A DNA stretch of 64,000 bases, taken from a virus. Its lineage: Duplodnaviria; Caudoviricetes. The position numbers and the translations under genes were made by a program. The stretch is from IMG/VR virus record IMGVR_UViG_3300025875_000016, positions 2,634 to 66,633 of that record. One strand, written 5' to 3'. The notes beneath the pieces were generated by a model. It did no database searches, was not told where the DNA came from, and saw only the letters and a list, made by a program, of their open reading frames with translations. This document shows, piece after piece, positions 30,392 to 40,061 of this stretch (position 1 is its first letter; every line of letters starts with the position of its first letter).

Positions 30392-31329
30392 AGCCCCGCG
30401 TGCTTGTTAAGAATTGCGAGCTTCTCGTAGAACTCCTTCAGCTCACCACCCTTGAGACCGATGCTCTCCGGGTGGAATGGTACACCTTGAAGCATACCAG
30501 CCAGCATCTTAGCCTGACGCTCGCTGAAGTTCAGGTTGTTGATGTGGTGGTTCTGGAAGCTCTTCATAGCGAACGGCACCCAGTCCATGAGTATGGACGC
30601 GATAAGGTCCGCATAAACTCTGATCTCGTATTGAGCGTGGGGATCAGAGCGAAGCTTGACGAAGTTCAGGACGTTCCGCAGGTTCGACTTCCAATACCAT
30701 TGGGTATAGATATTGGTCGGGAGAACCATACGGGAGAGTTCCCGAGCGAGCTTCGGGCTATCTGTCCGCCAATCTTCCGGCTCGAAGTCATCTCCTCCTA
30801 GAAGCCACTCGTAGAGGGAGTAGGATTCCATTGAATGGTCTTGGATAGCGTCTTGGGCCTCCTCAGCCTTATTAGCCTCCAGAGCCTCTCCACGACCCTG
30901 TGCGTTGATGGCGGATTGAAGTGCCAGCACGCTGGTCTCAGGGATATAGAACTCCTTCTCCAGCACCGAGTAGCGAGCACTATATTCGTTGATGCTAGCA
31001 GTCCGGTGACGGACCCAGTGGCGAGCCACGAAGATGGGAAGCTTAACGTGAAGCTTCAGCTCGCACATTTCGAACGGCGTCCAGTGGTCATGCCGCAGGA
31101 GGTAGTCAATCAATCCTTCGTTGGATCGGGCTTCCTTGGTGCCGGAGCCATAGGAGACCCGAGCAGCCTGAACGATAGACTCATCGTTTCCCATATAGTC
31201 AACGACCCTAACGAATCCTTTGTCAAGAACGGGTAGTTCCCAACCAAGAATCTCATCAAGCTGAGGAACACTGACACGAGTAAGTGCGTGATCTTTGATG
31301 ATTTCACGCTTGTTATCAAGGAGAAGCAT
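30388..31329 (-). CDS. thyX: Flavin-dependent thymidylate synthase
   Basis: HWTPFE, RHRTASINEYSARY (RHRx7SxR), HAQYEIR. Confidence 0.95.
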   Translation of the reverse strand: MLLLDNKREIIKDHALTRVSVPQLDEILGWELPVLDKGFVRVVDYMGNDESIVQAARVSYGSGTKEARSNEGLIDYLLRHDHWTPFEMCELKLHVKLPIFVARHWVRHRTASINEYSARYSVLEKEFYIPETSVLALQSAINAQGRGEALEANKAEEAQDAIQDHSMESYSLYEWLLGGDDFEPEDWRTDSPKLARELSRMVLPTNIYTQWYWKSNLRNVLNFVKLRSDPHAQYEIRVYADLIASILMDWVPFAMKSFQNHHINNLNFSERQAKMLAGMLQGVPFHPESIGLKGGELKEFYEKLAILNKHAGL

Positions 31330-31341
31330 TGGTCTCTCTTT

Positions 31342-31629
31342 CTATGTGCCGAAGAATACGGCATCTGCACTCAGGATGATGATTGGCATCTCGTACCCTA
31401 CGTAGTGAGGGTCTTCGGGATTGGTGGCTCGGGCGATGTCTGCGATGACATCTGCATCGGTCATACCAACGACGAAGGGTTGTTCGGCCCTAATGCACAT
31501 GACGATTAGTTCTTGTGGGGAGGTCCCGGCTACAGTTCCGGGAAGCTCAGTGAGATTGAAGTCTCCGCTGATCCTCCAGAGGCAGTAAAGCCGGGGTTCC
31601 CCCCGGCTCATAGGCGTTACAGTGCCCAT
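31342..31629 (-). CDS. Hypothetical protein, 95 aa
   Basis: Fills the gap between dcd and thyX. Confidence 0.6.
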   Translation of the reverse strand: MGTVTPMSRGEPRLYCLWRISGDFNLTELPGTVAGTSPQELIVMCIRAEQPFVVGMTDADVIADIARATNPEDPHYVGYEMPIIILSADAVFFGT

Positions 31630-31635
31630 CTCTAG

Positions 31636-32184
31636 TTAGTCCTTTTCGTGGATTGCCTCGACAGGACGATCGGGCTGGGCTCGGTACTTGCCGTCGTAGA
31701 CAGCAGTCTCTTCGAGAACCTCAAAGAGAACCTGTGCGATCCCACATCCTGCCGGAATGTGGAGTTTGTCCGGTCCATGGTAGACCAGTTCAAGGGTAAG
31801 GAAACATTCTGCGAGACGTCCCCAACCCGGTTCAATCACGGTGTTAAACACCGAGAGACCCCTTCGAGCCCACGTCGATTTGTCCTTCACGAGACCCACT
31901 AGATCGGTGGGCATGAAGAACTGCTCGACAGAGGATGCGATGGTAAAGCGCCCCTTCTTTACCTTGCCGTCCACAAGAATGAGGTCGTGGTCAGCCACTT
32001 GGGTCGATCGAAACGGAGGAACGGAGTAGTATTCGCCAGCAGGAACGAAGACGATATCCTGCTTGATTCTGATATCGTAACCAGCTTCTGCTAGGCCATG
32101 GGAGACCCCATGAAGTTTCTGTTTATGGTCAAGCATGGGCTCTACTGGGCGAGCCAAGTAGAGAGCCTTACCGTTTCGGATCAT
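31636..32184 (-). CDS. dcd: dCTP deaminase / trimeric dUTPase family
   Basis: AGYDIRI, KSTWARRGL, VIEPGW, GIAQVLF, YDGKY. Confidence 0.85.
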   Translation of the reverse strand: MIRNGKALYLARPVEPMLDHKQKLHGVSHGLAEAGYDIRIKQDIVFVPAGEYYSVPPFRSTQVADHDLILVDGKVKKGRFTIASSVEQFFMPTDLVGLVKDKSTWARRGLSVFNTVIEPGWGRLAECFLTLELVYHGPDKLHIPAGCGIAQVLFEVLEETAVYDGKYRAQPDRPVEAIHEKD

Positions 32185-32254
32185 TCTGCCATTCTCCGTA
32201 TGTGGGCCGCCACCAATCGACGGGACCCCAATAGTGTGGTTCGACGAGCTTCAT
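32168..32254 (-). CDS. Trp-rich micropeptide, 28 aa (not in ORF track)
   Basis: AAGGAGG RBS; MKLVEPHYWGPVDWWRPTYGEWQNDPKR; overlaps the dcd start. Confidence 0.45.
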   Translation of the reverse strand: MKLVEPHYWGPVDWWRPTYGEWQNDPKR

Positions 32255-32282
32255 GACGGCCCTCCTTGGTGGGCGGGTTGTA

Positions 32283-33488
32283 TTACTTCGAGGAGACCTC
32301 GACTAGCTTTCCATAGGGGACTTCGGCCCCCTTACGGTCTACGGCGATCCAAAGGATTGGGCACTTCGGTTCATCCGGAGGAATCTCCACATAAAGGTCA
32401 GTGAAGATGACAGCGGCTGTGGGCCGCTCTTTCTCAATCATCTCAAAGACCATGTAGAGGTCTGTGCCACCACGACCTGTGATCTCCAGCTTCTCAAACG
32501 GTTCATCGTTCTCGATGATGATGATGTTCTGGATTTCAGTATCGAAGGTGCAGAGGGTCAGCTTCTTCGGTCGATAGGTATCGAAGATGTACTTAACTTC
32601 TGAATTGGAGCGTAGCATCTGGTCATCAGAGATCGAACCAGATACATCTACAAAGTATAGTATATGCTCCAAACCATTCTCGTCCTCATTCTGGCTCGGC
32701 ATGATAGGGTCATCATACCTACGATGAGGTCTCCGGTAGCTCCTTTCTGGATCAGCTATCTCACTCATCCAGTTGGTCAGCAGCACATCCCAAGGAAGCT
32801 TCGGATTGAGGAAGCGGTCGATGACGACGCTTACCTCCCCCGGTACAGTACCAGCCTGACCAGTGATACGGGCTGTGTTGATGCCGGAGACGACTTTGTG
32901 GATGAGCCGGTTGAGACCCTGCTTGTCCTTTGGATCGAGGTATATAATGTCTCCGCCACCAACAGGTCCCTGTTCATTTTCGCCTCCATCTGACGGATCG
33001 CCAGCACCACCAAATCCGAAAGGAGGTGGAGGAGGATTCTCTTGGTAGAGTATGTCATATACTTCCTCCGTACTCATGCCCCTGAACCTAGGGTCCATGT
33101 ACCAAGCAAAGCCGCCCATGTAGTAGCCATGGTCCTGAAGCATCAGGTTGATGACGTGATCGGCAGCGATGTTGTAGATTTCTGGGTCCCGGTCCCCACG
33201 TCGGCCCATGTGGAGAAAGGCAACGTGCCAAATCTCGTGAGCCAACATGGTGACGCGAGTCCGAAGCTCCAGACCTTGGTACTGGGTGGGGTTCCAATAG
33301 ATACCCTTACCATCTGTAGCAGCGGTAGGGATTCGATCTGTCCACCGGAAGAAGAGCGTGCCCATCAAGCCCCCAATGAAACCTGATCCTTGTGAAAAGA
33401 ATAGGTCCATCTTGGTCTTGTTGAGCATCTCCTCAAGCTTAGCCTCGGTGATTGGATCGAGAGGTAGCTCAGGGATATCCACCATCAC
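32283..33488 (-). CDS. Metallopeptidase-vWA protein (N4 gp25-like, DUF2201)
   Basis: AHEIWHV (HExxH); vWA MIDAS DVSGS; GRGGTD. Confidence 0.85.
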   Translation of the reverse strand: MMVDIPELPLDPITEAKLEEMLNKTKMDLFFSQGSGFIGGLMGTLFFRWTDRIPTAATDGKGIYWNPTQYQGLELRTRVTMLAHEIWHVAFLHMGRRGDRDPEIYNIAADHVINLMLQDHGYYMGGFAWYMDPRFRGMSTEEVYDILYQENPPPPPFGFGGAGDPSDGGENEQGPVGGGDIIYLDPKDKQGLNRLIHKVVSGINTARITGQAGTVPGEVSVVIDRFLNPKLPWDVLLTNWMSEIADPERSYRRPHRRYDDPIMPSQNEDENGLEHILYFVDVSGSISDDQMLRSNSEVKYIFDTYRPKKLTLCTFDTEIQNIIIIENDEPFEKLEITGRGGTDLYMVFEMIEKERPTAAVIFTDLYVEIPPDEPKCPILWIAVDRKGAEVPYGKLVEVSSK

Positions 33489-34564
33489 AGGTATCTCACC
33501 ATAGTCTTGAGGTATTCCCCGAAGTCCGTGTTACGGGCACGGAGCTTGGGATTCCTCACGTTGACACCACGCATGAAGATGACTTGGAACTCCACCGAGA
33601 ACTTCTTCACGAAGTCGATCAGAGGCTTGATGTTGTTCTCATCGTGGCGAGAGATCATCATGCCGACGATGGCATACTTGGTGCTGGCTTCCATACCCCG
33701 AACGTCGATGGAGTTGGGATTGTCGATGATCTGGGTCATCGTCGGGAGCTTCTCCCAAGCCTCACAGAAGGAGATAAACTCGGTAGCAGCCCCTGAGCCA
33801 ATGGTGCCAGCAACGCGGGCCATCATGGGAAAGTGCTTGGTGTCTACCGGTCTGCCCTTAATCATGCGGCTCAGGAAGTGCCAAGTCCGGGGGCAGGCAA
33901 ACGTCCGATCAGTGTGATCGGGCTTGAAGTTCATCAGCAGATCAGGCTGGAAAGCCATAAAACTGACGATCCTATCGTCGATTTCACCTTCATTGATAGC
34001 CCACTCGATCCAGTCGGGAACGCCGACTTTCATCTCGTAGTGGATCATCCGAGACTGCAAGGCAGTGCTCATCTTGACCGTTACGGCCTTGTCAGAGTCC
34101 TTGTTACCAGCCGCAATGATAGCGACTGAAGGATGGAGAGGATGGTCCCCAACAAAGCGATCGAGGATCAGCTTGTAGGAAGAAGCCTGAACCGGCTTGG
34201 AGGCAGAGCTAAGCTCATCAAGGAAGAGCAACCAGCCTGCGTAACCATCAGGAACCTCATCCCCTACAACGGGGAAGGTAGAGAATGGGATGAAGCCTGC
34301 CTTGATACGGTTTTGGGCGTTGGGGGGCAGCTTCATGGGGAAGCCATTTATGTCCTCAGGGTTATACCCTGAGAGACGGCAGTCGATCAGCTTGAGCTTC
34401 TCGCCATGGTAGTTGCGAGCGATCTTATGACCGATGGCTGACTTCGCAATGCCAGGAGAGCCTTGCACATAGGGGACGATACCTTCGTCCATGCAAGCAA
34501 GAAGCTCTTCCTCGATCTGCTTCGGGGTAAGAGCATAGTTAATCGCAGCGTTAGCTTCGCTCAT
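33485..34564 (-). CDS. MoxR-like AAA+ ATPase (N4 gp24-like)
   Basis: GSPGIAKS, LFLDE, AAGN, PRTW; adjacent to the vWA gene. Confidence 0.85.
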   Translation of the reverse strand: MSEANAAINYALTPKQIEEELLACMDEGIVPYVQGSPGIAKSAIGHKIARNYHGEKLKLIDCRLSGYNPEDINGFPMKLPPNAQNRIKAGFIPFSTFPVVGDEVPDGYAGWLLFLDELSSASKPVQASSYKLILDRFVGDHPLHPSVAIIAAGNKDSDKAVTVKMSTALQSRMIHYEMKVGVPDWIEWAINEGEIDDRIVSFMAFQPDLLMNFKPDHTDRTFACPRTWHFLSRMIKGRPVDTKHFPMMARVAGTIGSGAATEFISFCEAWEKLPTMTQIIDNPNSIDVRGMEASTKYAIVGMMISRHDENNIKPLIDFVKKFSVEFQVIFMRGVNVRNPKLRARNTDFGEYLKTMVRYL

Positions 34565-34586
34565 AGGATTCTCTTCTCTGGTGAAA

Positions 34587-34620
34587 GGAAGCCCTCCTCG
34601 TTGGTTCGGGAGGGCTTTCC
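34587..34620. terminator. Strong intergenic hairpin, possible terminator
   Basis: GGAAGCCCTCC...GGAGGGCTTTCC. Confidence 0.45.
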
Positions 34621-34622
34621 AG

Positions 34623-35072
34623 TTACTTAGGAGTGATGCTGCTCAGGAGGACCTTTACAGCCCCCTCAACGTCCTTGGAGTAGGTCAGGAGCTGAAGGGC
34701 AGACCGGATATCATCCGGGTCTACGGTGCTCGTAAAGTGCATCTGGGCACTGGTAAACCGCACCGGGGGTGGGAATACCACTTCAGGCTCTTCGGGCTGG
34801 TGGACGGGCTCTACGGGCTCGTCTTGAGCCTCTTCCTCTTGGAGGGGAAGCTCTTGTTGAGCCGGGACTTGAACCACGGTCTGAACCCCAAAGAGGTCAG
34901 CCACTTCGTTCACCTTGTCCCGGAGGGTCTCGATGATCTCGTCGGCTTCGTCTTGGGTATTCTCGTAGTTGTTGCTGGAGAGCTGGCCGACCAGACGAAG
35001 GTCTTCCAGCGTCTTGCCAACACGGGCTTCGGCAAGTCGAAGAAACTTGTCGTGCTTGGTCTCGGTCGCCAT
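34623..35072 (-). CDS. Hypothetical protein, 149 aa
   Basis: GGAG RBS; helical N-terminus ETKHDKFLRLAEARV. Confidence 0.7.
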   Translation of the reverse strand: MATETKHDKFLRLAEARVGKTLEDLRLVGQLSSNNYENTQDEADEIIETLRDKVNEVADLFGVQTVVQVPAQQELPLQEEEAQDEPVEPVHQPEEPEVVFPPPVRFTSAQMHFTSTVDPDDIRSALQLLTYSKDVEGAVKVLLSSITPK

Positions 35073-35095
35073 AAAAGGCTCCTCTTGAGAGAGTG

Positions 35096-35122
35096 AAAAC
35101 CCCCCCGCTTGTGCGGAGGGGC
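35096..35122 (-). terminator. Terminator after nrdJ
   Basis: + strand AAAA-CCCCCCCGC-TTGT-GCGGAGGGG. Confidence 0.55.
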
Positions 35123-35154
35123 TAGGTAGGGTTGTAAACTGTAGCTAGGCTAAG

Positions 35155-37443
35155 TCAACCGCATTTGCTATATCCACAGTCTTTACAGACTGGGCAGCCA
35201 CCTGACGTCTCTAGGTTGAATCCGCCGCAGCTTGGGCAGGAGTCCGGAGCCTGAGTGTTGAGGAGGGTTACTTCTTCGAGTGGTGCTTCCTCGGTGGCAA
35301 CGAGGTTAGATTCAGTGAATCCAATCTCTTGCATGAAGCGTTCAATGGTCCGGCCTATGGCTGCCACGATGCTCGGAGTGTACTGGCCCTTCCAGAAGCC
35401 ACCACCCTTTGGATCGAAGACGCTCTTCAGCTCTTCCACGATGAACGCACTATCCTCGCTAGAAAGCCGGAAGATAGCACTAATCATCCGGGTGAGTGCA
35501 ACTACCCAGACGTAGTGGTTCATGTTCTTGCTGTTGATGAAGATTTCGAAGGGCTTCTTATTGCCCGCCTCATCGACGATGTAGGTGAGCGTCACGTACA
35601 TGGCGTGCGGATCACCGGGGAACTTGATCTTGTAGGTATGACCCTCAAGGTCTTCGGGTCGAGATACCAACCCCCCGAGGAGAGGAGCAGGGATAGGCTC
35701 AGCCTTTGGCTCTTGAATCACACTGAGAACCGAACCCGTCACATCGTTGGGTCGATACGTAGTGCAGCCCTTACAGCCGTAGTCATAGGCCAGCCGGTAG
35801 ACTTCTTCGAAGTCATGGAAGGGAATGTCTTCTGGAACGTTGACCGTCTTAGAGATAGAGCTGTCGATCCAAGGCTGGGCAGCAGCTTGCATCACCACAT
35901 GGTCCGACGGGCTCAGAGTCTGAGCCGTTACAAAGTGACCGGGTAGAACTTCCGGATCACAGGCCATCCCTTGTTCTTCGCAGAACTTGAGATACTCGGC
36001 CAGCGCGTAGTCCTGAACGACTTCCACCTTCTTGGTTCCATCAGGCTGAAGCACCTTCCGCTCATAGTTGAAAGCGAAGACGGGCTCGATGCCTCCTGAG
36101 ACATTACCACCGTATAGAGAGATGGTGCCGGTCGGGGCAATGGAGGTCAGGTGGGAGTTACGAATGCCATGCTCGTAAACAGCATCACGAACGTCGTCGT
36201 CCATGTTCTGCATGTAGCCAGAGGCAAGATACTTGTCTCGATCGAAGAGTGGAAAGGGTCCCTTCTCCTTGGCGATGTCCACGCTGGCCATGTAGGCAGA
36301 CCGAGCAACGAATCGCATTATCTTGCGGGTCGTGTTCTGAGCGTGCTGGGACCCATAGCGGGAACCAAGCATGATGAGAGCATCAGCCAGACCAGTAACC
36401 CCGAGTCCAAGCCTACGTTTGGCACTGGCTTCGAACTGCTGTTGATCCAAGGGGAAGAGGCTGACGTCCACTACGTTGTCCATCATCCGGACGGCAGCAA
36501 AGACGGTCTTCTCCAGTAGCTTCCAGTCCATCTTAGCTTCTGGATGGAAGGCGTTCTTGACCATCTTGGCGAGGTTAATCGAACCAAGGAGGCAAGCACC
36601 ATACGGAGGCAGAGGCTGTTCCCCGCAAGGGTTGGTGGCCGAGATTTCCTCAACGTAGTAGAGGTTGTTGGCCTTGTTGATCCGGTCGATGAAGATGAGA
36701 CCGGGCTCAGCATACTCGTAGGTAGACTTCATGATTGTATCCCAGAGGTCTTTCGCTGGGATCGTGGCGTAGACCTTGGTCACACCATGCTTGTCGGTGA
36801 ACTTGAGGTCCCACGGCTTGTTAGCCGCGACTGCTTCCATGAAGGGGTCGGTAACTAGGACGCTAAGGTTGAACATCCTAAGACGCCGAGCATCATGCTT
36901 GGCAGTCACGAAGTCAATGATGTCGGGGTGGTCACACCGCATGGTTGCCATCATGGCTCCCCTACGGCTTCCTGCACTCATGATCGTCCGGCACATAGAG
37001 TCCCAAACGTCCATGAAGCTCAGGGGGCCGGAGGCATCAGCAGCGACACCTTCGACAAGAGCATTCTTGGGTCGGAGAGTGGAGAAGTCGTAGCCAATTC
37101 CACCCCCTTGTTGCATCGTGAGGGCAGCTTCCTTGAGGGCATCAAAGATTCCACCCATGGAATCGAGGATTGTACCCATGACGTAGCAGTTGAACAGAGT
37201 GACTTGTCGCCCTGTTCCAGCGCCAGCGATGATGCGGCCAGCAGGCAAAAAGCGGAAATCTTCAAGAGCGTCATAGAAGACCTGTTCCCACAGTTGTGAA
37301 TCCTTCTCGGGAACCGATAGCGCCTTTGCGATTCGTCGCCAAGTATCTTCTACCGTCAAATCTATGGGAGTACCGTCTGCTTGTTTCATGCGGTACTTGA
37401 GGTCCCAGATGCCTTCAGCGATCGGGGCAGAGAAACGGCTCAT
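35155..37443 (-). CDS. nrdJ: Class II (adenosylcobalamin-dependent) ribonucleotide reductase
   Basis: FLPAGRI, LFNCY, GGGIG, ATNPCGEQPL, CLLGS, SIAPTGTIS, C-terminal Zn ribbon; no beta-subunit gene seen. Confidence 0.93.
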   Translation of the reverse strand: MSRFSAPIAEGIWDLKYRMKQADGTPIDLTVEDTWRRIAKALSVPEKDSQLWEQVFYDALEDFRFLPAGRIIAGAGTGRQVTLFNCYVMGTILDSMGGIFDALKEAALTMQQGGGIGYDFSTLRPKNALVEGVAADASGPLSFMDVWDSMCRTIMSAGSRRGAMMATMRCDHPDIIDFVTAKHDARRLRMFNLSVLVTDPFMEAVAANKPWDLKFTDKHGVTKVYATIPAKDLWDTIMKSTYEYAEPGLIFIDRINKANNLYYVEEISATNPCGEQPLPPYGACLLGSINLAKMVKNAFHPEAKMDWKLLEKTVFAAVRMMDNVVDVSLFPLDQQQFEASAKRRLGLGVTGLADALIMLGSRYGSQHAQNTTRKIMRFVARSAYMASVDIAKEKGPFPLFDRDKYLASGYMQNMDDDVRDAVYEHGIRNSHLTSIAPTGTISLYGGNVSGGIEPVFAFNYERKVLQPDGTKKVEVVQDYALAEYLKFCEEQGMACDPEVLPGHFVTAQTLSPSDHVVMQAAAQPWIDSSISKTVNVPEDIPFHDFEEVYRLAYDYGCKGCTTYRPNDVTGSVLSVIQEPKAEPIPAPLLGGLVSRPEDLEGHTYKIKFPGDPHAMYVTLTYIVDEAGNKKPFEIFINSKNMNHYVWVVALTRMISAIFRLSSEDSAFIVEELKSVFDPKGGGFWKGQYTPSIVAAIGRTIERFMQEIGFTESNLVATEEAPLEEVTLLNTQAPDSCPSCGGFNLETSGGCPVCKDCGYSKCG

Positions 37444-37473
37444 ATGAGAGCATCCTTGTTGATTGTATCCAAT

Positions 37474-37507
37474 AAAAAAAGCCCCTACCCCCAGAGGGAT
37501 AGAGGCT
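37474..37507 (-). terminator. Intrinsic terminator
   Basis: + strand A7 followed by a GC hairpin. Confidence 0.65.
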
Positions 37508-37514
37508 GTGGGGA

Positions 37515-37946
37515 TTACTCCCCTTCGAGTTCGGCCAGACGAGCCTTGATCTCAGACTCGCTCATCGCAGCGACCTTGGCCTCGTCCTTGGAAGCCAGAG
37601 CTTCCTTGAGACGAGTGACTTCGGCCTTACGAGCAGCGGCCTGACGGGCTTCTTTGGCCTCTTCCTGCTTCACGCCGATGATGTGCTTGAGCACTTCGAC
37701 ACGAAGCTCAGCCTCGTCCTTGCCTTGGCTCGGCTTGGGATTCACCAGCGAGACGCTGTTGGTGTACATCCCAAGCTCTTGGAGAGCCACGGCAGAGATA
37801 CCGTCGAGGTCCATCGGGGCTGCCCCCGGACGGGTCTTTACGACGCTCAGCGGGAGGTCCCAGAGGTCCTCCACACTGATCCGGCCCACGGGAGCCGAGA
37901 AACGAAGCTTCCGACGCGAAGCCAGTTCGAAGATGTTCTTGGTCAC
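37515..37946 (-). CDS. Conserved phage hypothetical protein, coiled-coil C-terminus
   Basis: NIFELASRRKLRF...ISVEDLWDLPL; partner of the 688-aa gene. Confidence 0.75.
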   Translation of the reverse strand: MTKNIFELASRRKLRFSAPVGRISVEDLWDLPLSVVKTRPGAAPMDLDGISAVALQELGMYTNSVSLVNPKPSQGKDEAELRVEVLKHIIGVKQEEAKEARQAAARKAEVTRLKEALASKDEAKVAAMSESEIKARLAELEGE

Positions 37947-37969
37947 GGTGTACCTTTCTCTGGTGTAGT

Positions 37970-40036
37970 TCAGCCGAACAGAATCCGGACGGGACGCTTA
38001 CGGCCTAGCATCTCGATAAGCAAGCTTACCGCTTTGTCCTTGGTGGAGGAGAACCCCACCCCGGAAAGCTGCTCACTTGCAGGGTCGATCTTGGTCCGGG
38101 AACCAAGGACTTCGAAGACCTTCCGATGAGGGGTAAGCTCTGCGGAAAGGAACTCGTTGTAGAATCCCCGGATAGGCTCGGGGTTCAACGCACCTTCAAG
38201 GATGAAGATGTTATGCTGGTTGCCGATCTCCTGTCCATCCCAGAAGTTGGGGGACAGAAGGAAGGTGTTCACTTTCACCAAGGTATCGGTCTGGAGACCC
38301 CAGACCTCTTGGCTCAGGTTGCCACCAACGGTCATATCGAGGAGAGATTTGATCTCGGAGATGATACCATTCTTGAGGGTAATCTCCAAGGCAGGTAGAC
38401 CACGGCTCATGAAGCCATAGCCACCATCGGCACCCTTGACCGGCTTACGATAGCCGTACTGGATCGTCCGACCATCGCATTCGACTTCGAGGTCGAACCC
38501 GAAGTCTTGGTTCTCCCGAGGCGAGTAGTTGTTGACCACCACCTTGTAGACGCCATCACGAGGAGCCTGCATCCAGCTACAGTTCTCCACGGGCTGACGA
38601 GTGGTGCCCTTACCGGCGTTCATATCCACGTCGAGGATGCCCATGCGGTTGTTGAACGCAATGTGGGTGCCGTTCGGCGTGAAGATATGGAGGTCGAGAT
38701 CATCAAGGTTGAACCAAGCTAGCGAGATTCGGAGCTTGGCTCCTTGGACCCGACCACCGGCTGCCTTGACTCGCTCAGCGATCCCAGAGTCAGCAAGCTC
38801 ACCCTTATAGGACCAAGCGAAGTCGTTGTTCCACTTGAACAGGCGTCCAGTGGAGCCGTGCTGAGGAGCTGTAAGGCTCACCAGATTGGGGATCAGGCTG
38901 TTCTCCATGAGCAGACTCATAGAGGTGATCTCCGGCAGGAGGTCCATGAACTCGTCAATCGCAAGGATCGGAGCTTTCTGGAAGTCCGGAGCCTTATCAG
39001 CCTTGACGGCAGAGGCTCCTTGCAGGAGAGTATGGATAGCTGAGCCCGCATCCTTCATGACGCTGCGAGCTTCGGAGTCCACCCACAACACGTTGTTCAC
39101 GCTAATATCCGCGAGGGTAGCATGACGACGGTTGAGCGTCTCTTCCAAGCCTAGCTCTTTGATATGAGCCGCAGCTTGGTCGATCTGCTTCTTGGTGATG
39201 ACGGACTTCGGACGCTTGTAGTTCAGCGGGTCAAGCTTCCGACCAAAGGCTTCAGCAGCCTTTTCAGTGTCCATCCCTTCCGACAGGTCCACGGCAAGAG
39301 TGCCGATGGCAGTATTTCGGAACCTAGCAGCGTGATTCCTATGATTGATCCAAAGGAACCGGTCCTGAGCCATAGTGTCGTTGAGCTTGCGGTACTCGTC
39401 GTACATGGCCTTGAAGTCTTGGACGGGTCGCTTGAACTCGGCCCCACGATACAGTCCGTTGTTCTCAATGAGTTCGAGGATTGTATCGAGGCTATCTTCG
39501 GTTAGCTCGGTGAGCCCACGACGAAGCACCTGCACCGAGGACTGAGCTTCAGCTTGGAGCTTGGCAGCATCAGGAGTCACCCACTTCTTGGGAACATCCA
39601 CGCTGAAGTGGTGCCACTTGTGGGCCTTACCGTCGATCATCTCAACGGTGAAGGGAGCCCCATACTTGGCCTGAGCCGTCCGGTAGATTCCACCGATGAA
39701 GAGGTTGCTGACGATCTGCTCAAGGGCTTGAGCGACCGTCGCGTAGGGCTCGGGGAGCTTATGGCCGTTGTCCCAGACGGTGTAGGGAACACCGCCTTTG
39801 ACCACCACCATGGCTCCGACGTTCTTGATGAAGTTCCGGCAGCACGAGCAAGTATGCTCAGTGGCCTTGCGGAAAAACGGATCGGTCCCCGCAGGGAACG
39901 AGTCCAGATAGTTCTGCCAGAGTTCGTCGCCACTGATCGTGACGAAGAAGGGCTCTGAGTTCCGCTCCATCTCGGAAAGCATCAGCGATACATTCTGAGA
40001 TACGAGGGCGGCAAACTTCGGGAAGTCGGTGCTCAT
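37970..40036 (-). CDS. Large conserved hypothetical protein with YfaP/DUF2135-like segment
   Basis: 688 aa; LRISLAWFNLDDLDLHI...LDVDMN...PVEN. Confidence 0.75.
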   Translation of the reverse strand: MSTDFPKFAALVSQNVSLMLSEMERNSEPFFVTISGDELWQNYLDSFPAGTDPFFRKATEHTCSCCRNFIKNVGAMVVVKGGVPYTVWDNGHKLPEPYATVAQALEQIVSNLFIGGIYRTAQAKYGAPFTVEMIDGKAHKWHHFSVDVPKKWVTPDAAKLQAEAQSSVQVLRRGLTELTEDSLDTILELIENNGLYRGAEFKRPVQDFKAMYDEYRKLNDTMAQDRFLWINHRNHAARFRNTAIGTLAVDLSEGMDTEKAAEAFGRKLDPLNYKRPKSVITKKQIDQAAAHIKELGLEETLNRRHATLADISVNNVLWVDSEARSVMKDAGSAIHTLLQGASAVKADKAPDFQKAPILAIDEFMDLLPEITSMSLLMENSLIPNLVSLTAPQHGSTGRLFKWNNDFAWSYKGELADSGIAERVKAAGGRVQGAKLRISLAWFNLDDLDLHIFTPNGTHIAFNNRMGILDVDMNAGKGTTRQPVENCSWMQAPRDGVYKVVVNNYSPRENQDFGFDLEVECDGRTIQYGYRKPVKGADGGYGFMSRGLPALEITLKNGIISEIKSLLDMTVGGNLSQEVWGLQTDTLVKVNTFLLSPNFWDGQEIGNQHNIFILEGALNPEPIRGFYNEFLSAELTPHRKVFEVLGSRTKIDPASEQLSGVGFSSTKDKAVSLLIEMLGRKRPVRILFG

Positions 40037-40061
40037 GGTGATGATCTCTTGTTATCGGGTA

